Shown in pieces: positions 38,385 through 51,420 of a DNA stretch of 64,000 nucleotides. Each line of letters starts with the position of its first letter. Positions within the stretch are counted from its first letter, which is position 1. Below the pieces are notes generated by a model, which did no database searches, was not told where the DNA came from, and worked only from the letters and a program-made list of their open reading frames with translations. This stretch comes from Eledone cirrhosa (taxonomy: Eukaryota): positions 282,472,001-282,536,000 of the forward strand of contig OZ024743.1 in NCBI GenBank assembly GCA_964016885.1, in the 5' to 3' direction. Both the position numbers and the translations under genes were made by a program.

Positions 38385-39044
38385 GTTTTTGCTTTTCTGT
38401 CTGCCAAATTTTACTCACAAGACATCTATGAACCCAAGGCTATTGTAGAAAACACTAGCCTAATGTACCATGATGTGTACTGAATCTGAAACCATCTGGT
38501 TGAGAACTAAACTTCTTACCCATACAGCCATGTCGTTTCAGGTTATGAATCTAGAATATTTAAAGATATTTCATAGTGTGCTTTTGTAACCAAGCTGTTT
38601 CTCTAGTAATACATCTGTTAGTAATACAGTACAATGAACAAAGAACTCATCTGATAGAGAAGGGACTGTTATATTGAAAATCTTATTTCACATGACATTC
38701 TTTGTTTGCTCAGTCCATGCTTGACTTCTTTGTTGTATTCAGTGTCCTAATAAACCATGAGTGGTGTTTTTATTTTCTAGCAGCTGTACTACTTCAAAGT
38801 ATTGTTATCTTTAACCCTTTTGTGAATATATTTCTAATGGATAGACTTCCTAAGTGTTTCAATTGATTTTCAATAAAATCAAGACTTTGGGAGGGAGGAG
38901 TTTTAGTAAAATATCTGTATCTTTGGATATTAGTACATTATGATAGTGTTGACCAACCCAAACATATACTATTGTTTAAAGTATTTTATCTGATGCATGC
39001 CAGCTCATTTGGAGAAAATATATAAAATTGCATTTCTTAAGTAT

Positions 39045-40600
39045 AAAGAGCTGAAATGTGAGAAGGCCACTGGGGAAGATGACATCCAGCCCGAGATGTT
39101 AAAAGCCTTAAATAGAGAAGGTATTCTCTGGCTGACCCATGTGTGCTGGGTGGCCTAGATCTCGGGAAGGGCACCTAAAAAATGACAATCAGGAGTGATA
39201 ATTTTCAAAAAGGGAGTCAAGAGAGATTGTTCCAATTACAAACAGATCTCCTTGTTAAGCCTCCCCAGTAGAAGTTTATGGTAGGTGTCTGGCAAAGAGA
39301 TGCAGGGAGATTGTCAAGTCCAAGCTACCCGAATAACAGTGTGGGAGTATTGCCAAGCAGTATATTCTTGTTTTGTCAACCTCGAAAAGGCATATGACCG
39401 CATTCCTCAGGACCTGCTGTGGAAGGTTCTACAGGAGTATGGATACCAATGATCAGCTCCTTGCACACCTATACCTCTATACGAATGCCCGGGTATTTGT
39501 GTTCAGATAAATGGTGCTAAATCGAAACCATTCAGTGTGACAGTTTGACTCTGCCAAGGGTACATGCTGCTAATTCTCCTGTTCATTAGTATCGGTAGAG
39601 GGTCGGACGCCATGCTTTCCAGCATAGTTACGTCTCTTTACGATCTGAGTTCAAATCCCGCCGAGGTTAACTTTGCCTTTCATCCTTACGGAGTCGATAA
39701 AATAAAGTACCAGTAATGCACTGAGTAATTGCTGGCCTTGTGCCTAAAGTAGAAACAATTATTGATATACACAGCCTGGAATTTGCAGACAACATGGTGT
39801 TACTTAACTTGACAGGTGATCTCCAACATGCACTCGATAAGTTTGATGCCGAGTCAAAGTGTCTCAGTTTTCGCAGCACTAATTTTCATTCCTGGCTGGG
39901 ATGAAAATTATTGCTGTGAAAACTGAGACACTTGTCTCCAAGGAAGCCTGTGGAGTGCACTCTACATGTAAGTGGAGTTCCACTGAAGCAGGTAGGGAGG
40001 TTCAAGTATCTCGGAGCCATGTTCACAAGTGATAGTAGGCAAGAGGCTGAATTAAGTGCAAGAATGGCAGGAACCAGTGCAGTAATGTGCCAGCTTCAGC
40101 ATTCAGTAATTTGAAGGGAGGTAGACATAAAAGCCAAGCTTGCTATCTTCAATTTGGTATTAGTGCCAACTCTTACTTATGGTCATGAATCATGGGTAAT
40201 GGCCGAAAGAATATGATTGCAAATACAAGCGACCAAAATGGGGTTCCTCTGAAAGGTCTTTGGATTGTTACTCAGTAGTGTGTATGGCTCTCGGAGATCA
40301 GAGAGTCACTCCAGGTAGAGCCGCTACTTCTCCATTGAGAGATCACAGCTCCGATACTATGGGCATGTAGTTAGAATGTCTCCGGAAAGAATCGTTGGAC
40401 AGATTTTACAGGTAAAAGCAACTGGCAGGAGACCCAGGGGCAGACCCTGAGCAAGATGGTTGGATAACACCCATGAGCTTAGCTGATCTCAGCCATATCA
40501 GTTGGAGACGGTTGCTTCTGACAGGATTCACTGGAAGGAGTGTTTGAGGACTCCTCCTCCACAACCCTCTCAGGAATAAGTGGACAAAGAAGAAGAGTTT
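39045..40600 (+). mobile_element. Decayed Rex3/Expander-like RTE LINE
   Basis: Broken frames read KATGEDDIQPEMLKALNREGILWLTH, FVNLEKAYDRIP, EFADNMV, FKYLGAMFTSD, VPTLTYGHESWVM, GRRPRGRP; many stops and frameshifts. Confidence 0.85.
39588..39763 (+). mobile_element. Young short SINE nested in the Expander-like LINE
   Basis: Near-consensus copy of the family at 44969 and 48308; interrupts the RT just upstream of the FADN motif. Confidence 0.9.
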
Positions 40601-40810
40601 TTTTTTATTTTTGCTCATATTCATTCTATGTAAAATACATATATCATGTTAGTGTAGGCACAGTCATGGCTGTGTGGTTAAAGAGTTTGCTTTTCAAACA
40701 CATGGATTCAGGTTTGGCCCCACGACATTGTGTTTTGGACAAGTCTCTTGGGTTGACCAATATCCCATGAGTGAAATTTGGTGGGCAAAAGCTTGGAAAA
40801 TTAATATGCC

Positions 40811-40874
<64 letters not shown>

Positions 40875-40878
<4 letters not shown>

Positions 40879-41425
40879 TGGCTGCCAACTCGTTTCCGAG
40901 TACGGCCACTACTTTATATCCATGTAGGAGAACCCCTACCGATGCGCTGAACGAGTGTGACTTTTTAGTCCAGCCGGCGACTTGAAAACTATGCTACAAA
41001 CACTACACTTGTGACAATTATTGACACATAGTGCTGGACCCATGGTACCATGTGACGACAAGTGCAGAGAGATCTCCAGATATAAAGCAATGCCTGTGCC
41101 GTGAAGCTTTTATAGTGAGCAAAGGCACTGCACAAAGCCAGTCCCACTCTCTTAACCAAGATGATATTTACCAAAAAGAAGAACAAGTCAACATCATTGG
41201 AAACCATCAGAGTTGCAGGTGTTATATCAGAGTTTTCCTTCTCCTAGAATTCTGCCTTGACAAAGGCTAAGGGGTCATCTCTCCCGGTGATTTTGGATGG
41301 CCATTGACTCTTAAGAGCTCCTTTGCCCTTTGACAGGTTGTGTTTTTAGTCCTGCAGGATGTCCAAAGTCACCCTCCTCACCAAGAAACCTTGGTGGGGT
41401 TGCCAGTTTAGTCGCCAACAACTAC
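40875..41425 (-). mobile_element. Bipartite non-autonomous RTE derivative (5' UTR-like part fused to a ZnF-coding 3' end)
   Basis: 5' part contains ctaggagaaggaaaactctg (41228-41247), a motif I recall from RTE 5' UTRs; 3' part encodes HKCSVCSIVFKSPAGLKSHTRSAHR* and ends with the same stem-loop as the neighbouring RTE; no RT/EN in between. Confidence 0.65.
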
Positions 41426-41443
41426 AAACATACATACATACAT

Positions 41444-41524
41444 GATGATGATGGCTGCCCCCTCGTTATCGAGTATGGCCATTGCACGAAAAAAAAAAAA
41501 ATATATATATATACATATATATAC

Positions 41525-41602
<78 letters not shown>

Positions 41603-42674
41603 TCATACACATACATATATATTAATAACAATAATAATAACAACAATAATAATGACAACAACAACAATAATAATATACATACATATATATATACACACGC
41701 ACACACAAATATATCTATATACACACACACACACACACACGATAGCAACTAACAGCGCTGCGATCGAATGTGGCTTTTTAACCCAGCCAATGATCTAAAA
41801 TGTCTTGCACAGAGTCGGCAACCAAAACATTCACTGGGAATAGCCGGCTGTGGTTGGAGTTCATGTACTTTTGCATGTCGTTTGAGCCTTCCTGCTGATT
41901 TACATTCTCTACCACATGCTTGGCAAGCATGGTGAGTAGCATCTCCAACAGCAGCCTGGTAGTCAACCACTGGTCTTACTTTATGACTGCGAAGATGACT
42001 TTCGAGTCCAGCTTTGCTTAGGCAGAGTCTCGCACAGACGCTGCATGTCAGCACCATAGGAGGACCCTCGCCGTCTGGAAGTGCAACAGCAATGCCCTTC
42101 CTCACATCCCGCTTTACTTTCTCGTGTGTGATTCGAGATGCCTCAAAGGCAACTTTTCCCTCATATACAGTCTTTCTCCATTTATTACGATCAGCAGCAA
42201 TATTTTCCCATGTATCAGCAGAGATGTTAGCGTCTTTCAAAGAGGCTTTCAAGGAATCCTTATACCTCTTTTTTGGTTTATGTGGCGGTCGTTTTCCTTT
42301 AACTAACTCTCCATAAAAGAGTTGTTTTGGTATTCTAGAATCCTTCATCCTGGCAAGGTGACCACTCCAACGGAGTCGTTGCTTAATCACAAGAGCTTCT
42401 ATACTGTCATACATAGAGCTTTCCAAAATCTCGACATCACTGATGTGGTCCCTCCAGTGAACGCCATGGATCCGTCTGAGACACATCTGATGGAAACGCT
42501 CCAACTGCTTAAGGTAGTGTCGATATGTGACCCAGGTCTCGCAGGCATAAAGAAGACAAGAGAGCACACATGCCTTGTACACCTTTACCTTTGTCTTCTT
42601 GCATATGTCTCGCCGACCCCAGAGTCACCTTTCTAGCTTTCCAAAAGCATCACTTGCTTTCCTAATCCTAAGTG
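41444..42674 (-). mobile_element. 5'-truncated RTE-clade LINE with three C-terminal C2H2-type fingers, inserted in (ATAC)n
   Basis: ORF 41749-42582: LLYACETW, LRWSGHLARM, RIPKQLFYGEL, KRYKDSLK, then CSVC..H..H, CQAC..H..H, CRLC..H..Q; (atc)n tail. Confidence 0.92.
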
Positions 42675-42695
42675 ATACATACATACATACATACA

Positions 42696-42726
<31 letters not shown>

Positions 42727-43833
42727 GTATATGTGTGTGTGTGTTTTGATTCCTCATAAAAATAAGTGGGGCTCATTGTTTATGACACATAATTTAGTGT
42801 CTCAGTAAATAGAGATCAATAAAATAACAACCATACTGGTACTGGTTGATATGATTGATTTAAAAAAGTGTCATCCAAGCATGGCTGAAGACACATGAAT
42901 GAATCACATAAAAGAATGTCAACTTATTAGAATTTTTAGCTTTTGTGGTTGTTATTTTGTTTATATTGCTACTTCATATACTATATAGAATATATTTAAT
43001 TAGGTATCACTGTTTGCTTAATCATTTTGATGTCAAAATAGATTTTTTTCCGTGGCCAATTATATATAATTTGAAAGTTCTGGATGTGAACTTCCTTCTC
43101 ATACTTTTGATTAAAATCTGACACTTACATATCATGCCAGATCCCTCAATCACTCTCGTATTTCCACCCATTTATACTTTTGTCCCGTTTTTGTTTTTGA
43201 CTGATGAACGGCAGTACTAGTTCCAGTTCAATGTGCTGGAGCACTATAACTCGATTTATGTTGAAAATAATACAATAAAAATCAAAAGGGATAGGCCAGA
43301 TAATCATTATGAAATATAAAAGTGAAAATTTTTATCATCAATTTTCACTTAGAAAAGAACATATTTTCTTCAAGATTTTTATACTGAAAGAAAGAAAAAT
43401 TTCTTGCAAATTCAATGCAAGACATTGCTAATTCTGGCCACAAGATGGTGCAAAAGTCACTAAAAAGGCAATATGCTCGTACTGCATATTGACGCTACTT
43501 GTCAAAATGGTATATTCACAAACTGTGAAAACTGAAATGGAACACAAATCCAAGGCTTCAGATATTAAGTTTGAGCTAGAATTTCAAGAAATGGATGAAC
43601 TAATTGCTAAGTAAACATATACTTCTGCCAAAAAATGCACTAAATTGGGCTACATAAATGTCTTCTAGAGCCCAACATTAGTCCTGTTACAAAGTGTTAG
43701 TGATATTCATCAATAAAACTATTAATTTTATTTAATTATTAATGAAACTTTCTCAGAATTGCATGTAAACCTAGATGAAAAAATAAACATATTTTCATGT
43801 TCATATGAGACAATATGAGTTACATTATTATTA

Positions 43834-44590
43834 ATCCTGCCGAGGTTAACTTTGCCTTTCATCCTTACGAGGTCGATAAAATAAAGTACCAGTAATGTAC
43901 TGGTAATTGCTGGCCTTGTGCCTAAAATAGAAACAATTATTATTATTATTATTATTATTATTAGGGCGGTGGATTGGCAGTATCAGCAGAGTGTCGAACA
44001 CCCTGCATCACGGCATAGAGTTACGACCCTTTACATTCTGAATCTAATTCCCGCCAAGGTTAATTTTGCCTATCATTACTGGGTCGATAAAATAAAGCAC
44101 CAGTAATACACTGGGGTCGATTTAATTGACTTTCCCCTCTCCTCCCCAATTGCTGGCCTTGTGCCTAAAGTAGAAACAATTATTATTAGGGCGGTGGATT
44201 GGCAGTATTGTTAGAGGGTCGGACGCTTTGCAGCATAGAGTTACAGCCCTTTATGATCTGAGTTCAAATCCCGCCGAGGTTAACTTTGCCTTTCATCCTT
44301 ATGGGGTCAATAAAATAAAGTACCAGTCATGCACTAGGGTCAATTTCATTGACATTTCCTGTCCCCCAAAATTGCTGGCATTTTACCTATATAAGAAATC
44401 GTTATTATTATTATTTATCTATGAGGGTCGGACACCATGCTTTGAAGCATAGAGTTACGGCCCTTGCCATTCTAAGTTCAAATCCCGCCGAGGTTAACTT
44501 TGCCTTTCATCCTTACGGGGTCGATAAAATAAAGTACCAGTAATGCACTGGAATAATTGCTGGCCTTGTGCCAAAAGTAGACAATTATTA
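43834..44590 (+). repeat. Head-to-tail array of four tRNA-derived SINE copies (more at 44969-45241, 47520-47980, 52125-52515)
   Basis: Units of ggcggtggattggcagtat...gagttcaaatcccgccgaggttaactttgcctttcatcc...aattgctggccttgtgcctaaagtagaaaca separated only by (att)n. Confidence 0.92.
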
Positions 44591-45921
44591 TTTATCTATT
44601 TATATTTTTTGTTAAGTTTTGTTTTAAAATCAAAATCATGGAGATGAAATGGGAACATCTTATTTCTGTTCTATTTTGTTTTGCTGATTCTGTTGAGTAT
44701 AACTCAAAGCTTCAACTGAAAAATTATATTAACCATATTTCTAACATATGGTTCATATATAGTAATTATATTGGAGGATTTTAATTTAAATAGGAGCCCT
44801 TCAAATTGAGTATTTTTCTTGTAATACTAGTTTTGGCTGGGTTGGTATCAAAAGAGTAATACAAAAAAGAAGCCGATTTTAAATATTAATTTATCATTGA
44901 TAACTAATAGCTGTTATATTTCTAGAATGATTATTACTATTCTAAATGAACCTTCATTATTCAATTACTGGCGGTGGATTGGCAGTATCGGTAGAGGGTC
45001 GGACACATGCTTTGCACCAAAGAGTTACGGCCCTTTATGGTCCGAGTTCAAATCCCGCCGAGGTTAACTTTGCCTTTCATCCTACGAGGTCGATAAAATA
45101 AAGTACCAGTAATGCACTGGGATAATTGCCGACCTTGTGCCAAAAGTAAAAATAATTATTCAATTACGGAGTCAATAAAATAAAGTACCAGTAATGCACT
45201 GGGAAAATTGCTGGTCTTGTGCCAAAAGTAGAAACAATTATTTAAATTAAAATCTTGCAAACATAAAATTTACATAGGAATGTAAAGTTACTATCTTAAT
45301 GATGAAATGATTTATAAATTTTAGTGAATCCTTCAAAATTTTTTATTAATCAAATGAAATAGAGTGTATTTCATTGGATATAATCTATGAAGATTGATGG
45401 TGTGACTTTGTGTCACACTTTAAAGACGAAATCTATTTATTCTTCTATATTAAAACAGCCAGCACCATTTTGGTGAGATAGAAACAGAATAGATCTTATT
45501 CTAAACATACATATACATGTATTACTGTTTTTAATATAAGAGACACTAGTTTTAAATGAGTACTCAGTACATATTAATAGATTCAATAGGTAGAGAATAT
45601 ATATTTTATTGTTGTTTTTTACCCTTACAAAGAAATCTTTTGTTTCTTTCCCTATAGAAATGGTCTCAGGAAGGAAATAAGCAAAGGATTTCTTTACAAC
45701 GACCAAAATAGTTAATAAAAGACGTGTGTGTGTGTAGACATGGCTTCTTGTGATTTTGTGAAATATATACTTGGCTGCATGGTTAAAGTGTTTGCTTTGT
45801 AACCATGCTGTTCTGGGTTAAGTCTCATTGCTGGGCACCTTGGGTAAGTGTCTTCTACTATAGCCATGGGTTGACCAATGTCTTGTGAATGAAATTTGGT
45901 AGGCACAAATTACAAAGCCTG

Positions 45922-45978
<57 letters not shown>

Positions 45979-46162
45979 CGCGCACACACCTGCCCATCTC
46001 TGTGTTTACATTTGTGTCTGTATCTCTTAACTTAGCAGTTCAACAAAAAAATAAGTACTGCTGTCAATTTGACTGAAACCAATTCAGTGTCTCAACATGA
46101 TTGCAATTCAATGACTGGAACCAGTAAAAGAATTATATATGTATCATCATCATCAACATCAT

Positions 46163-46214
<52 letters not shown>

Positions 46215-47059
46215 GAGATGAGAGAGAATATTTTAAGAAGCAGAGGTTATTGCCATTTAAATTTTGAAAACGTTATTTATTAGATTTATGACATACTACT
46301 GTTGTCATACAACACACAATTGAATCGTTATTTTATCTGTTACATTATAGAAATTGTGTATAAAGTCTATGGAATGCTGCATTGATACACTAGAAACATA
46401 TATATTCTGTTACCCAGGTAATCTAATTAAATGTGCGGCCTAGGTGTAAAGTTGATAGAATAAATTTATAGATCTTACTGCCTTTGTTCATTCATGACAA
46501 AAACGCATCTTTTTCACAAATAATAATCTTTATGATACATTTGTTAGATGTGGTGTTACAGTGGATAGCTATGTGAAACATAAACAACAAGGGTGAAGGG
46601 AAGACATGTCACAACTGGTTACATACATTTAAAGCTGTGAAAGCAAATTATTGTTGGCAATGTTGGTCAATGTCTGCTAAAGAGACAACTAAACTACATT
46701 ATGTGATGGAAATGGAAGAAGGAACTGGCTGTAAAAGACTCCCGTGAGATGTTTCTTGAGCAAAGATAGTTAAGAGGAAATTAGAGCTCATAAATTACAT
46801 GACAAAATATACAGACAGATGTGATATAGTATGTATGATAGTGGGAGGCATTTTATGGATCTTGATAACATATGCTATCGTGATAAGGAAGAGGATGTCA
46901 AAATATTTCAATATAATGACTTCAGATACCATTTGAAATTAAATCATTTCTTTTCTATTGACTGTATGTTGTATAAACAGTCTACAACAGTCTAAAATTG
47001 ATAAATCAATAATTTGTTCTGATATCTTATTATTTTTATCATCATCATCATCTTTCAGT

Positions 47060-47330
47060 AGTCTTGTTTTTATTGCGTGCTTTTGCTGCACTACCGAGCA
47101 CATCTCTGCACCTGGATATGTGTTGTGTTTGGTTTTAGGTGTATATTTTCAATTGTATTGAAAGTATTCTACATAATATATGCAGTGCCTAGTAATATTG
47201 TTTTATGTATGTTGTGTGTAAGTGTACATTTTGTTGTTGTTGTCGTATGTGTGCGTTTCTATGAGGGAGTATTCTTCAATCTTTTTCATACTCCATTTTA
47301 TTGATTTTTTATTATTTATTTTGTGTTGCT
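47060..47330 (-). mobile_element. Decayed 3' end of an R4/Dong-like LINE
   Basis: Minus translation NIHKTILLGTAYIM resembles the R4/Dong terminal IQK..LLGTAHILR. Confidence 0.55.
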
Positions 47331-48869
47331 CTGGTTTGGTTTTTGATTGTTGGTATTTTATAGATGTTATAGGATTTGCTTTTGCTATGTTTTGTTATTT
47401 ACTTTGTTTTAGAACACAGTTTTCTTTTTCAATGTTTTTATTTCTATTTTTGTTGTTTGTATTTTGTGTTTTCATTATGATTATGTGCTTTTTTATTTCT
47501 TACTGACAACTGCTGATTAGAGTTGGATTGGAAGACAAAATATTTGATGGAGCATCAGGCAAAATACTTTGTGCTATTTAGTTATGGCTTTCTAGTTCTC
47601 AGTTCAAATCTCTTTGAGGTTAACTTTACCTTTCATCCCTTCTTGGATTAATAAAATAAAGTCCAGTTAAATACTAGGGTTGATATAATCGACTTTTCCC
47701 CCTTTCCCCAGATTGCTGGGCTTGTGTCAATATTAGAAAGAATTATGTATTTTTTTTTAAATGAAAGTAGTAGGTTGGCAGAATTGTTAGAGCCCTGGAT
47801 AAAATGCTGGGTGTTATTTGTTCTGCCTCTTTACATTCTGAGTTCAAACCCCACTGAGATTAACTTTACCTTTCATCCTTCCAGGGTTGATAAAATAATG
47901 TACCAGTTAAGTACCAGAGTTGATTTAATTGACTTTCCTCTCCCTCAAAATGTTAGCCATGTACCTTAATTAGAAACCATTATGTATTCTTTCCTTTAAA
48001 TGTTCTATTTTTTTTTGCTCTCAGAATGTACCTTAAACTTTTTGATACCAAACTGAACTGCCCCTGGTTCTATTATACCAAACTATTTACTTTTAAAGTG
48101 TTTATATTTATCTAAAGCCCATCCATCATAATTTTATGTAAGAGCCTTATGTTCAAAACATCTGCTTAATAATGAGAAAGCCATTTATATTATTAAATGC
48201 TTCTTAATTTCTGATTATTTTTTTAAATTATTTGAAAATTATAGGCAGTGTCTTTCATTTGAAATATAGTCATAGATAGGTTAAGTATCCAGTCTTTTTG
48301 GATCCATTGATTGGCAGTATCAGTAGAGTCGGACACCATGCTTTGAAGCATAGAGTTACGTCCCTTTATGATCTGAGTTCAAATCCCGCCGAGGTTAACT
48401 TTGCCTTTCATCCTTATGGAGTCGATAACATAAAGTACCAGTAATGTACTGGGTAATTGCTGGCCTTGTGCCTAAAATAGAAACAATTATTATGTTTAGT
48501 TAAGGTTTATTTTCTTTCAAAATGTTTACAAGAATAAAGTTGTATTGGTGTGTGTGTATAGGGTGGGGTTATAGTGGCTACAAAATGCATGTAGATTAGA
48601 AACATATTCTTCTTGTTTCATTCTTGTCTTTTCTGTTTTATTTATGAGCCTTAAAGAATAAAATTTAACCCTTTTATTTTAGATTGTCATCCTTTTATTT
48701 GTTTCTGGCTGTGTGAAGATTTGAATACTTCAGATATATAGTTTTTGTTGTTATTTTATTGGATGTTAATTGTGTAGAATATGCGTTGTGTGAATTGTGA
48801 TATTTTATAGGGTATATGTTGTATGCAGAGTGTGTACTGTTTGAGTTGCATTATTGAATTGAAAGTGAT

Positions 48870-51420
48870 TTGTGTAGGATATATTTATCATAGCTATTTT
48901 TTAGACAGACTGTATGTAATTTGAGCCCTGGTATGGGTTTCATGTTTCTGTTCATAGTGTTTTTTGCTTTTATCATCCCTAGTCTTCCAATAATAATTGG
49001 TTTTCTTCTTACTTTCATATTTCACATCCTATTTATTACAATTTAACATTTTTGACAATTTCTCTAACTCCTTGTGGACAGTGTTTTGGTTAGAAGGAAT
49101 TGAGATATCTTAGTGTACAGTTATTTTTTCATTCTAGTCCTTGATTACTATGTCCGTACAGTTTGGATAGACATGTGCTAAATGGCCAGGTCATTGACAT
49201 GAATTGTGTTCATACCACTCTTTGTCTTGTTTTCATATTGAAGTGTCGTCATATTGTTCAGTGGACATAACCACTGGCTGGTTTGATTGTGTTTGGGAAT
49301 ATACTTGGATTTGACAACAGGAATGTAGAGTTGTAGTTGTGAAATCAGAAACAATTATTGAATTATTGGGAGAGTGAAGTTTGAATAGTTAAAAATGTAA
49401 CAACTCCAACTAAATGTAAATTGTAATAATATAATGAGTTAAAATTTATAATTTCACAAATAATTTGATTGTTTTCTGCACTAAAAGCTATCAAATCAAA
49501 CTTTAAGGCTTTTAGCAAGGCAGATTTGCTAGAAACAATTCTGTTTTTAAGAACAAGATGTTATTAAAGTTTCGAATCTGACTTTCAATTTAACACCTAT
49601 TCTATAGATACAATGTTTCTTTAATAAATTATGTAGGAATAAATTTTTCAGTCTTTTACAATATATATATTATCTCATTTAATGTTATTGATGTAACATT
49701 CATTGCGAGTTTATATTCAAAACAATACTTTAATCTAAAGGAAAGGATGTGTATGTAGTGTATGTAATTGGGTTTATTTTTTATTTTTATTTTTTATTTT
49801 TTATTTTTTATTTTTTATTTTCTATTTTTTATTTTTTATTTTTTATTTTTTGTTTTTTATTTTTTATTTTTTTATTTTTTATTTTTTTTATTATTTTTTT
49901 TTTTTTTTATTTTTATAAAAAAAGCAATTCTTGATTTTTGTTTATTGCATTTTTATATCCTTTTACTTTGTAACCATTTGATAAAACAGGCTCTTTTTTC
50001 CCCCGTAAATTTTATCTAATGCTTAATTCATTGTTACTCTAAACCCACATAATGTTGTGTTCTTTCAATAAGTTTAAGAAATATATGATTAATCTAATTA
50101 CAAATATAGTCAAATATTTTTGTATACCAACTCCAAAAACTAGGCAGGGGGAGTAACTAGGCAGGGGGAGTTAATGCAGTCAGCTGTCTCATTGTATTAT
50201 ACCAGTTACATGGAGTCTGTAGTTGTTTGTAGTTATGTAATGGTCTTGTGCAGTTAGAATCAGATTTTCAGCTCATGCTTTTAGACCAGAACTTGCTTTC
50301 TTTCTGTTTAGTTTTGTTGAATATTGGCCATGGAGTGGTTTTTCTCTTCACCTTTTCTTCTTCATACTTTGGAATACTGTTTTAATTTTGTCTTTTTATT
50401 TTTAAAATCATTTCTATTGTTTTGTCCTTATCTAAATATTTTACTTCAGTGTACTTTCCAGTTTCTACTTTACCATTTCCTTATATAGAGAGACTATTTA
50501 AAAAAAATATATTTCTTTATTGCACTTATCAACTTCACCTTGCTTGTTCCTAAGTATCTTTCTAGTCCTAATGTGGTAGTTTTCTCTTTGTATTAGATTT
50601 CATTCACCTTGTATGTAGGATAGATATCTTTTATCAATATCTGAGATGGAGACTTCAGAATGCTATCAGTAGTTTCCCAGTTTTTCTGTTTAATCTATTC
50701 AATTCACAGATTTCTATATTAAAGTTGCAATTTATAACTGGTATGGCTAGTGTATACCTACTAACTCAATTCTAGGATTGAGGCCAGTTTTTAATATTAG
50801 TCTGGCTTTTCTGCTGTATTCTTTCTTAATTTTTGCCTTCATTTCTGTGTGTTATATATTATCAGTTTCATCTACTTCTAGTCCTTCAATACTATGTCTG
50901 GACAGTTTTTCATGCTTGTTTGGATAGGATTGTGCTAAATGACTGTGGAGTCAGGTCGTTGACATGAACTTTGTTTTGGTACATGTTCATATCACTCCTT
51001 ATCTGTTTTTATATTGTTGGTTCTGGTTTAATTCTATCCTAATTTAATATTCTCAGTTTTAGTTAATTTGCCTTTAGTCATATATAGTAGCTTTGACACA
51101 TTTGTCTCATTTGGTACTCAGGACGTATAAATAATTTTAAGGAGATTTTCCAACTTGATTTTATCCCTAATAAATATTTTAAAGTCATCCCCATATGAGA
51201 GATTTTTTTTTATCATGTGTCTGTAGCATCTGTATGCCATAGTGGTTTCATTTAACCAGTTTGTTCATGGAGTTAGAACTAGGCACAGGTGTAGAAGATA
51301 ATGAGACCCTTAGAAGATTCCTGTTCTTATGGGTTGGTTTTAATTGTCTTCTTTTTCAGTTGTAATGATATTTTTTTCTTCATTTTGACATGGTATGATT
51401 GATGCATTTTGTTAGTATGA
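48870..51420 (-). mobile_element. Decayed, interrupted R4/Dong-like LINE (RT + RLE)
   Basis: Fragments GIF*G..LS, SYGDDFKIF, EMKAKIKKEYSRKARLILKTGLN, SSGLKA*AENLILTAQDH, and RLE-like TDIVIKD..DISIPSNQNTVHKELEKLSK..PIIIGRLGMIK; ~49330-50190 appears to be intervening DNA. Confidence 0.75.
49773..49916. repeat. (TTTTTTA)n heptamer repeat
   Basis: Direct reading, ~20 units. Confidence 0.95.

Noticed and set aside
43430-43614. Short frame FWPQDGAKVTKKAICSYC...EHK, vaguely BED-finger-like
   Set aside because: Bounded by stops, His ligands unconvincing, no splice sites or TIRs found; at most an old transposase relic.
43834-44590. Regular repeats superficially like a CRISPR array or tRNA cluster
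   Set aside because: Units are SINE copies with no unique spacers; the heads have A/B boxes but no complete cloverleaf.
46540-46800. Possible coding-like purine-rich stretch
   Set aside because: Looks like a heavily decayed RTE C-terminus; too degraded to call and not an EPC exon.
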